Of a stretch of DNA of 64,000 bases, positions 56,481-64,000 are shown in pieces. Position 1 is the stretch's first letter. Each line of letters starts with the position of its first letter. Made by a program: the position numbers and the translations under genes. The notes under the pieces were generated by a model, which did no database searches, was not told the DNA's origin, and saw only the letters and a list, made by a program, of their open reading frames with translations. The DNA comes from Myxococcota bacterium (lineage in GTDB: Bacteria; Myxococcota_A; Bradymonadia; UBA7976; UBA1532): positions 1 through 64,000 of the forward strand of contig JAYZEG010000011.1 of assembly GCA_036337435.1 (NCBI GenBank), given 5' to 3'.

Positions 56481-57422
56481 TTGCGAGGTCAATTTATCGT
56501 TTGTATCATCTGTGCCTGGGCCTGTGCCTGTACTGGAAACACTCAGCCTGATTTGTCGAACCACCCCGTTGCTGAAGCGGTGCCATCGCCCTCGTCAGCT
56601 GCCGCTGTGACGAACAAATCAATCGCTGCAGAGGGTCTCCAAAACGAAGTACTTGCCGTCTTGGATCTGCGTACGCTCGAGGAAGCAGGCCGCTTTAGAG
56701 ACTTGGAAAGCCGGCGCGCAGCACCGGTGTCGGATCCTTTTTACAAGCGGGAAAAACCGACGTTCGAAGGCTATGGACTCGCTGATATCTTGGCTTTGTC
56801 CCCGACGTTTCAAACACTCGATCCAAGACGCCATAGCCTGCGTTTCGTTTGTCTTGATGGGTATAAAACGACCTTTTCTTTGGATAGTATACGCGGCGGA
56901 AGGGGCGTGATTGCGACAAAAATTCTGGGGGATGCCCATGTTCCTTGGCCGACTCAGACTCGTGGTAAACAGAAACAAACAGCCGGGCCCTACTACTTGG
57001 TTTGGGATGCTGAAAACTACGATGAAAAGCGTCCATGGCCTTATCAGTTGACTCAAATTGAGTTCATTTCTAATGACGTGGTTGATCGTCGTTTGGGTGG
57101 TCACCTCACGAATATCAATCGTGCGGGGGAGACCCTCTTTCGCACCTATTGCTTGGCGTGTCACTCGGTCAATCTTCAAGGTGGTCAATTAGGCCCTGAA
57201 TTGAATGTTCCAAAAAACATTACCGAGTATCGTTCCCAAGATTATCTCCTCGCATTCATCAAGAACCCGCAGGATTTTAGGGCCGGTAGTGTGATGCCTC
57301 CAAGTCCTTTGAAGACCGATGAGATCAAATCTGTTCTCGCGTATCTCGGTCAGTTAAAGCAATCGAAAGTCTGCGCCAGTGCGTCCCAGTGCAACGATTA
57401 CATGGACTCGTTGAAACAATAG
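56481..57422 (+). CDS. Lipoprotein with oxidoreductase molybdopterin-binding-like domain and monoheme cytochrome c
   Basis: TTG start; lipobox-like ACAC; FEGYGLADIL, FVCLDGY, GPYYLVW; CLACH, GPEL, SVMP (Met ligand). Confidence 0.8.
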   Translation: MRGQFIVCIICAWACACTGNTQPDLSNHPVAEAVPSPSSAAAVTNKSIAAEGLQNEVLAVLDLRTLEEAGRFRDLESRRAAPVSDPFYKREKPTFEGYGLADILALSPTFQTLDPRRHSLRFVCLDGYKTTFSLDSIRGGRGVIATKILGDAHVPWPTQTRGKQKQTAGPYYLVWDAENYDEKRPWPYQLTQIEFISNDVVDRRLGGHLTNINRAGETLFRTYCLACHSVNLQGGQLGPELNVPKNITEYRSQDYLLAFIKNPQDFRAGSVMPPSPLKTDEIKSVLAYLGQLKQSKVCASASQCNDYMDSLKQ

Positions 57423-57569
57423 CGGTGCGGCCTTACCCCTCACAATCGGCGGGTCCAAGTGCGCTGTAAATTCGGTGTGGTGCCAGGTTCGTTCGGACAA
57501 TGAACCGTAACCTGAAAAACCGCTGTAGCATCTAGGCACCGAGAGGGATGGAACAGGGAGGAGCGGACC

Positions 57570-60500
57570 ATGAGACGACTGTATGCGTGTATCTTAGTGC
57601 TGGGTTTGTGTGCGTGCACATCAGACAACCCGGACTTGTCTTTCGATGACCCGAGACAAACCGGGGTAGATGCGATTCTCATGTCGACGGATGGTGCCAT
57701 TCAAACCGATGGGATGAATTCTGCGGTCGGTGATGCTGCTGGACTCGACTTAGATGGCTCCGTCGGTCCGGGAAGCGATGGGTCACAAAGCGAACAGAAC
57801 GACGGCGGTATTCGGGCCGCTGACGGCCGCCCGGCGGACGGGTCCAGCGACAGCACTACACTGGATTCGCAGCTCGCGATTGACATGTCAACCGGCCCGG
57901 ACGGTTCACCGGCCGATGGTCGTGTTGCCCCAGACGGTGTGGTGCCAGTCCTCGACGCCGATGGTGACGGATTCGATGTTGAGAGCGATTGCAATGACGC
58001 GGACGCCACGGTAAATCCGGCCGCCGTGGAGAGCTGCGATGGAATTGATAATGACTGCGATACCATTGTTGATGAGGGGTGGCCTGAGCTTGGGAATGAC
58101 TGTAGCAAAGGCGTAGGGGCGTGCATCAGTGAGGGGCAATTCCAGTGTGCACAAGATGGTAATTCACTGATTTGTGATGCGGTGGTCATCGAACCCGCAG
58201 CCGATATCTGTGACGGAATCGATAACGATTGTGATGGCGTCGTCGACGAAAATGCAGCCAATTGTTGTGAGCCGGGACAGGCCCGTCCATGCGGACAAGA
58301 GGTTGGTCAGTGTCGGCTTGGACGTCAACGCTGTCTGCCTAATGGGCAGTTTGGTGCATGCGTTGGTGCGGAACAAGCTCAAGCCGAGAGCTGTAATGGA
58401 CTCGACGATGATTGTGATGGGGAGAGTGACGAAGGCGTTTTGAATGCGTGTGGAGGTTGTGGTCCTGTTCCCAAGGACATTTGCAACGGGCGTGACGATG
58501 ATTGTGATGGTTCCATCGACGAAGGCGTTCTCAATGCTTGCGGTGGCTGCGGACTTGATCCATCTGAAATATGCGACGACTTGGATAACGACTGTGATGG
58601 CGAGGTCGACGAGGGTGTCATTAACGCATGCGGGTCGTGTGGCGCGGTGCCCACTGAGGTATGCAATCGCCTGGACGATGATTGTGATGGTTCCATCGAC
58701 GAAGGGTTCGCAGTGGATTGTGATGAATGCGAACAGCGGCAACCGGAACGTTGCGATGGGTTAGATAATGATTGCGATGGTGCCATCGATGAAGGTGTTT
58801 TGAATGCGTGTGGAATTTGCGGCGATCTCGCTGACGAAGCATGCAACGGCAATGACGATGATTGCGACGGTGCCACAGATGAAGGTGTCCTCAACGCTTG
58901 TGGCCGATGTGGCCTTGTTCCTGTTGAAACTTGCAATAACCAAGACGACGACTGCGACGGTCAAGTGGATGAGGGTTTCGAGCCTGGCTGCGGTGATTGT
59001 GTTCGCAGCGAACCTGAGCGTTGTGACCGGGTAGACAACGATTGTGATGGCGATATCGACGAAGGTGTTCTGAATGCGTGCGGTGCATGCGGCGATGTGC
59101 CAGCGGAGGTCTGCGACGGTGCAGATAATGATTGCGATGACGATATCGACGAAGGCGTTTTGAATGCGTGCGGTGCGTGCGGCGATGTGCCAGCGGAGGT
59201 CTGCGACGGCGTCGATAATGATTGCGATGACGATATTGACGAAGGCGTTTTGAACGCCTGCGGTGCGTGCGGCGATGTGCCAGCCGAGGTCTGCGACGGT
59301 GCAGATAATGATTGCGACGGCACCATCGACGAAGGCGTTTTGAACGACTGCGGTGCGTGCGGCGATGTGCCAGCGGAGGTCTGCGACGGTGTAGACGATG
59401 ATTGCGACGGCACCATCGACGAAGGCGTTTTGAATGCGTGCGGTGCGTGCGGCGAGGTGCCTGCAGAAGAATGTAATGGGCTTGATGATGACTGTGATGG
59501 TCAGACCGATGAATCTCTCGACTTCTGTGTCGCTTATCTCGGCGTCATCGACGGGCCCGACGGAGGTCTAAGACTCGGTCGAGAACTTCAAGTTATCGGT
59601 GACTTAGATGACGATGGCAACGATGATGTAATCGCTCACGGTCAGCGCAACGGTCAAGGGGTTATCTCCGCTTTGAGTGGGGCATCGAGAGCAGCCATCT
59701 GGACGAGGCGAGGTGATGGACCACTCGGAAACAGTTTGGCTTTGACCGGACCTGACGTACAGGCAGCAGACTTGTTGGCCGGCGCGCCGACAGGGTTTAA
59801 TGGTGCCATTCGTCAATTCGATCGGGCCGGACAACCCGGTGAAATTTTCCGAGGCGACAATGGATTTCGTCTCGGTGATGTCATGACCTCAACACCCGGA
59901 TTATCGGGCCTCGTTTTGGCCGCGCCCGACGTTTCGGGCCGAACGGGGGGACTGCTACATATCCTAAATGATGTGAATACGTATATCGCCGGGGAAACCT
60001 TTGGCCAGCGTTTTGGTGAGAGGGTGTATCTCATACCCGATTTGGATGACGACGGTCGAGCCGACATCATCGCCACTGTCCGTTATCGTCTTAACTTCAG
60101 AAGCGAAAGAGCCACGGTTTACATCGGGAGTTCTAACTGGAATCAACGCAGCGAACAGCTCAGAGCTGGGGATACGGATGCCAGTTTTGGTGAGAGCATC
60201 GCTTGGGGGTCATTTGTACGGCCCAACGAGCTGGTATTTGTCTATGGTGCCCCAGATTATGATGCACCTGGCGTCTCGAATGCGGGTGCTCTATTTGTGG
60301 TCGACCGCCAAGGGCGCTTTTTGACCAGCGCGATTCGTGGTGCTGATGCCGATGGGCGTATCGGACGCAGGATGGCGACCTATCGCCGTCGCGGCGATGG
60401 TCGGGACCGCTTGATCGTTGGCGGCCAAAGCATGGGTCGTATTGAAATCATGCGTTTTGCTGATGTGGGTGGTGTACCCAGTGTTGTCGAGAGAACTCGA

Positions 60501-60641
60501 TTTGCACCCGATGGTGTTGGTCGCTCCTTTGGATTTTCGGTGGCGGTGACGCGCAAGGGACCAGATGGCCGAGCCTGGATGTATGTCGGAGAACCCGATC
60601 GTGGTGACAATGGGGCCGTGCACATCTATTCGATTCGATAG
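57570..60641 (+). CDS. Surface lipoprotein with 15 MopE-like Cys/Asp repeats and a C-terminal FG-GAP/integrin-alpha-like beta-propeller
   Basis: Lipobox LCAC; CDGxDNDCDxxxDEG x15; IGDLDDDGNDDVI, IPDLDDDGRADII, YGAP, FGFSVAV, VGEP..GAVHIY. Confidence 0.88.
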   Translation: MRRLYACILVLGLCACTSDNPDLSFDDPRQTGVDAILMSTDGAIQTDGMNSAVGDAAGLDLDGSVGPGSDGSQSEQNDGGIRAADGRPADGSSDSTTLDSQLAIDMSTGPDGSPADGRVAPDGVVPVLDADGDGFDVESDCNDADATVNPAAVESCDGIDNDCDTIVDEGWPELGNDCSKGVGACISEGQFQCAQDGNSLICDAVVIEPAADICDGIDNDCDGVVDENAANCCEPGQARPCGQEVGQCRLGRQRCLPNGQFGACVGAEQAQAESCNGLDDDCDGESDEGVLNACGGCGPVPKDICNGRDDDCDGSIDEGVLNACGGCGLDPSEICDDLDNDCDGEVDEGVINACGSCGAVPTEVCNRLDDDCDGSIDEGFAVDCDECEQRQPERCDGLDNDCDGAIDEGVLNACGICGDLADEACNGNDDDCDGATDEGVLNACGRCGLVPVETCNNQDDDCDGQVDEGFEPGCGDCVRSEPERCDRVDNDCDGDIDEGVLNACGACGDVPAEVCDGADNDCDDDIDEGVLNACGACGDVPAEVCDGVDNDCDDDIDEGVLNACGACGDVPAEVCDGADNDCDGTIDEGVLNDCGACGDVPAEVCDGVDDDCDGTIDEGVLNACGACGEVPAEECNGLDDDCDGQTDESLDFCVAYLGVIDGPDGGLRLGRELQVIGDLDDDGNDDVIAHGQRNGQGVISALSGASRAAIWTRRGDGPLGNSLALTGPDVQAADLLAGAPTGFNGAIRQFDRAGQPGEIFRGDNGFRLGDVMTSTPGLSGLVLAAPDVSGRTGGLLHILNDVNTYIAGETFGQRFGERVYLIPDLDDDGRADIIATVRYRLNFRSERATVYIGSSNWNQRSEQLRAGDTDASFGESIAWGSFVRPNELVFVYGAPDYDAPGVSNAGALFVVDRQGRFLTSAIRGADADGRIGRRMATYRRRGDGRDRLIVGGQSMGRIEIMRFADVGGVPSVVERTRFAPDGVGRSFGFSVAVTRKGPDGRAWMYVGEPDRGDNGAVHIYSIR
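59061..59460 (+). repeat. Near-identical 90-bp in-frame tandem repeat (about 4.4 copies)
   Basis: Units start at 59061, 59151, 59241, 59331 and 59421 (gaagg[c/t]gtt...), encoding EGVLNACGACGDVPAEVCDGxDNDCDxxID. Confidence 0.92.
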
Positions 60642-60643
60642 GT

Positions 60644-63196
60644 CTAGAATGTTCCGTGGGCACCAATGGTGGGTAAGATATATTTCACTGGACTCTCACC
60701 CGCTTCGATTTGCTCGCCTTGATAGGTTAGGTTGATGATGTCGACATAAAAATCAACCTGATATGTGTCTTCTACCCAAAGGAAGTCGAAACGGAGATCT
60801 GCCTGAAAATAGCCATCCAGGCGGGTGTTTGATGACAGATCGAATCGTCCGGAATTGTAGTGTAAGCGCGTCCCCAGTATATAATCCTGACCAAGACGAT
60901 ACGAGATCACCAGGTTTGCTATGTGAGTTTGGTCTAGGGGGTCGATGACCCATTGGTTCCCGACACGGCGCTCAATGCGTTGGAGCGTATAGGCTAACCA
61001 TCCAAACACGCGCGATGTACGCTGTTTGCGAAGCATGATTTCTGTTCCGAATGCCCGGCCCGCCTGTAAGGGAATGCGAAATGTTTCCGAGCTCTCGCCC
61101 AAGTCCATGGTGTCTTCACGTTCATCTCCATCGTCATCTTCAAATCGAGTTGAAATGAGATTCTTTCGATAGGCAAAGTAGCTGGTGATGTCCATCGAGT
61201 AGCCGCTTTCAAATCCCTGCTCGACGCCTATGGCCACCTGCCGAGATTGTTGGAGCGGACTCGAGAGTTCAAGATCCCCCAACCCGGGGACGGGTAAAAA
61301 AAATCGCTGCTGAGCGTGCGCGACGCCAACGTGTGCTTTAAGAGCCCGGTTTGGCGTCTGCTGAAATCGGAGGCCTACCCGTGGGTCGATGCCAGTTCTA
61401 TCGACGTTTCGATAGTAGTCGAAGCGTGCGCTCGGATTGAGTTGCCATCGATCTTGGGTGAAGGTTATGGAATGGTAGCCACCCACGATATATTTTGGTT
61501 CGTTGGGGCTGATAAAGTTGAATGCCTCAAAACCGTCATTCTGGTCAGCTGTGGTACTGGCTTGATTCACCGTCGGCCGAACTTCTAAATCTACACCCGT
61601 CTCGATGGACAGCGATTCGGACACATCCGATGACCAGCTGATTCGAGGTCGAATGCTATATTCTCTCAGGCCGTCAATCTGGGTGTCCCCCTCTTCATCT
61701 GCCTCAACATCGGCCTCGTCAGCAGGTGTAATCATCCGGTCTGCACCGAGGTCAAGCCCGAAGGAAACTCGATGACGACCGACCGGGATGGTGTATTGAA
61801 CATTAAACCGATGGAAGTCGACCATGAATCGATTCTTTGCATCGCGTCCATCACCAATTTCATCTTGGGCACCAAAGACGGTCAGTTTGAGTTGATGTCG
61901 GTTCTTGAAGCGATGGTCGATTCGCGCCAGATAGTCCCAGAAGTTTAGGTAGGCATCCGATGAAACGAGCGTCAATAAAAGGCCAGTATAGCTATACCGA
62001 CCACCAAGAGTAATCCGCGTAGACCCGTCATTGACTGGAATCGATAAGAGTGCACCTGTTTGGAATAGATTGATATCCAGGTCTCCAACCCAATAATCCT
62101 TTTCGGCGACACGGGTTTTCGCTTCCACAATTCCGCCCAGAAAACGTCCGTTGCGCACTGGGGCAACACCTGGATAAAAGTCGACTTGGTCGACGAGTTG
62201 CGGGTGGATCACGCTGGTTCCGATCCCAAGATGGAACAAAAGTGGAATCGACGTCCCATCCACAAAGTAGCCCGTATCTCCAGGGGGGGCACCGCGTACG
62301 ATGGGAAATGGAAGAAAATTTGTAAAACTGCCCACGCCGGGGAGTGACTGAATGACCCGGAGTGGATCCCCCATCGTGCCTGCAACATGGGTTAATTCGA
62401 ATCGATCGAGACTCACACGTTGAGTTTCCCGTTGTTGTCTGCCAAACACGACCATTGAAGAGGCATCCAGGTTCTCTGGTGTAATCAGCCAATCAGGTAG
62501 ACTTAAAGGCTCATCACTTACTTCAATGGCTCGAGTGACGTTTAAGTATGCGTCGTCCTCGATAAACGCTTTATAGGCACCGGGTGGTAAGCTGACCGTG
62601 AAACGCCCGTCGAGACCTGAAAAGGCTTCAAAGTTGCCTGGCTCAAACCGAATCACTATGCCGGCCAAGACCCTTCGAATTCCGCGACTCATGATGCGTC
62701 CATCAACTTGGCTTAAGCGGACTTTGTTCTCGGTATTTTTCTTTGCTGGCTCGTCTTGGACGACTGGAGCATTAAAAATCCAAGTCACCTTCATTTTGGT
62801 GGTGATCGCTTTACCGGACTGCGTTGCAGGTTCAAATCGCCAGAATGGTAAAGTTTCTCGAAAGGCTGTGAAAAACTCAACGGGATCGGAGCCAACATGT
62901 TCCGCGTTTGACACATGGCCACTCTCATCGATGGTCAGCATCACAATTGTACGGCCCTTGACGATGCCTGAAGCCTGTAAAGTCGATGGGAACGCAGGTT
63001 CCCTATGCTCAATCAATTTCGGAGGTTCGATACTTTGACTGAGTGGTTTATCTGACGCCAGCGGCTTGACTTTTGATGAGTCATTTTCGTGTTTGCTAGG
63101 TTTTGTGGGCTGCTGACTGGGCTTGCCATGCGCGACGGACAGAAGAACCATCCCGGCCATCACGAGTCGTGCGTTGAATTCCGATCTTAGCAACAT
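60644..63196 (-). CDS. TonB-dependent receptor with fused N-terminal TonB-C domain and carboxypeptidase-regulatory-like domain
   Basis: PPKLI...LTIDESGHV...WRFEPA (TonB-C); GDPLRVIQSLPGV, GAPPGDTGYFVDG..IPLLFH (plug); IDPRVGLR, AFGTE, GWLAYT; C-terminal F. Start probably 63196. Confidence 0.9.
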   Translation of the reverse strand: MLLRSEFNARLVMAGMVLLSVAHGKPSQQPTKPSKHENDSSKVKPLASDKPLSQSIEPPKLIEHREPAFPSTLQASGIVKGRTIVMLTIDESGHVSNAEHVGSDPVEFFTAFRETLPFWRFEPATQSGKAITTKMKVTWIFNAPVVQDEPAKKNTENKVRLSQVDGRIMSRGIRRVLAGIVIRFEPGNFEAFSGLDGRFTVSLPPGAYKAFIEDDAYLNVTRAIEVSDEPLSLPDWLITPENLDASSMVVFGRQQRETQRVSLDRFELTHVAGTMGDPLRVIQSLPGVGSFTNFLPFPIVRGAPPGDTGYFVDGTSIPLLFHLGIGTSVIHPQLVDQVDFYPGVAPVRNGRFLGGIVEAKTRVAEKDYWVGDLDINLFQTGALLSIPVNDGSTRITLGGRYSYTGLLLTLVSSDAYLNFWDYLARIDHRFKNRHQLKLTVFGAQDEIGDGRDAKNRFMVDFHRFNVQYTIPVGRHRVSFGLDLGADRMITPADEADVEADEEGDTQIDGLREYSIRPRISWSSDVSESLSIETGVDLEVRPTVNQASTTADQNDGFEAFNFISPNEPKYIVGGYHSITFTQDRWQLNPSARFDYYRNVDRTGIDPRVGLRFQQTPNRALKAHVGVAHAQQRFFLPVPGLGDLELSSPLQQSRQVAIGVEQGFESGYSMDITSYFAYRKNLISTRFEDDDGDEREDTMDLGESSETFRIPLQAGRAFGTEIMLRKQRTSRVFGWLAYTLQRIERRVGNQWVIDPLDQTHIANLVISYRLGQDYILGTRLHYNSGRFDLSSNTRLDGYFQADLRFDFLWVEDTYQVDFYVDIINLTYQGEQIEAGESPVKYILPTIGAHGTF

Positions 63197-63429
63197 GAAT
63201 GGTGGCGTCCAGTCGACAAATAACAGAGATGAAGTACATTGTGTTTCGATGAGGAGACAACTCAAAACGTCTCTGGAAGACCGATTACAAGGCCACGGAC
63301 GCGTCACTTCGCATTGTCATACCCTTGCTCATTAAAGCAAACGTCTATATTCCGTGTCTGAGATCGTATAGACCAAGACAGGCGTTATGCCCTAGGTTGA
63401 CAGACACCCCCATTGGTGGAGACGACGGG

Positions 63430-63999
63430 ATGAAAAGGCTTTTCAATCCAGACCGCAGCATGATGACCCTCGTCAGGTATGGCTGCATTCTCGTCATCAG
63501 TATCATGGTCGTCTCGGCTTGTCAGACGGCAACGATTAAGGCGTACCATATCCTGCCTCGCTATCAAGGTGAGGAGTTGGGTCCTCGAGCGACGATCCGT
63601 TATATTACCGACGAAAATGAACGTGCTGCAATGAAGCTGTACGTACACAATGGCTTACTGACAGACCAGCAGGGACGTTTGCTTGACCCGGCTACGGATC
63701 AATTTCCGAGGCGTGATGGTCTTGCCATCTATGTGATGGATTTACAAAAGCAGATTTTCATCTCATTTGACCACGAGCAGAATCGATTTCACCATTCGTC
63801 AATCCTTGCGGGTCAACCGGTACTCGCCGCAGGCGATATGACCATTGTCCAGGGCAGATTACTGGAACTGAGCAATTCCAGCGGTCATTATCGGCCAGCA
63901 CCGCAAAGCCTTGATTTGGTCATCCATCAGTTGCGATCGCTGGGGGTCGCCATGGAAAGCGTTAAGATCGTTGCCATTGACGGCAGCGACAAACATTAG
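63430..63999 (+). CDS. Putative lipoprotein with IQM-like HHSS...AAG...NxSGHYxP domain
   Basis: Hydrophobic stretch ending VSAC; IYVMD...FHHSSILAGQPVLAAGDM...G.L..LSNSSGHYRP; stop TAG at 63997-63999; start 63430 or 63460. Confidence 0.78.
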   Translation: MKRLFNPDRSMMTLVRYGCILVISIMVVSACQTATIKAYHILPRYQGEELGPRATIRYITDENERAAMKLYVHNGLLTDQQGRLLDPATDQFPRRDGLAIYVMDLQKQIFISFDHEQNRFHHSSILAGQPVLAAGDMTIVQGRLLELSNSSGHYRPAPQSLDLVIHQLRSLGVAMESVKIVAIDGSDKH

Positions 64000-64000
64000 A

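Noticed and set aside
59061..59460. Regularly spaced repeats as a CRISPR array
   Set aside because: Units are contiguous 90-bp in-frame coding repeats with no unique spacers, and there are no cas genes in the window.
63197..63429. Cobalamin riboswitch or Fur box upstream of the TonB-dependent receptor
   Set aside because: No B12-box or GATAATGAT-like consensus seen. The ACACCCCCATT 11-mer shared with position 47431 is treated as chance.

Overview
A gene-dense bacterial chromosomal segment of about 43 CDS, with mid-range GC (low-to-mid 50s %, estimated by eye). The many Cys/Asp-rich lipoproteins, a TonB-fused receptor and AgmX-like domains point to a Myxococcota/Bradymonadia-type deltaproteobacterium (inference). 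I saw no rRNA, tRNA, CRISPR array, transposase, integrase or phage gene. Recognisable housekeeping genes are greB, dusB, gluQ, cysK, cobB, ggt, an MscS channel, an HtrA protease, a DegT aminotransferase, an AI-2E permease and a GldA/GldF-GldG/DUF4340 ABC operon. They are interspersed with about 15 predicted lipoproteins. Best candidates for undescribed systems: (1) two adjacent secreted proteins each carrying a single TolC/OEP-like repeat, one fused to an Asp-box beta-propeller (3291-6078); (2) two paralogous 1.1-1.2 kaa lipoprotein Ser-hydrolases flanking an outer-membrane beta-barrel, followed by a heme-c lipoprotein (47744-57422); (3) two coupled lipoproteins with ExbD-like and TonB-C/AgmX-like domains inside an RNA-modification operon (34718-40762). 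Single-gene oddities include a sirtuin with no Zn-ribbon cysteines, a degenerate Tex, an IF2_N/coiled-coil/DUF2325-like protein, an RluA-RlmK-like fusion and a lipoprotein with an IQM-like HHSS/SGHY domain. All family calls come from motif recognition by eye; no searches were run.
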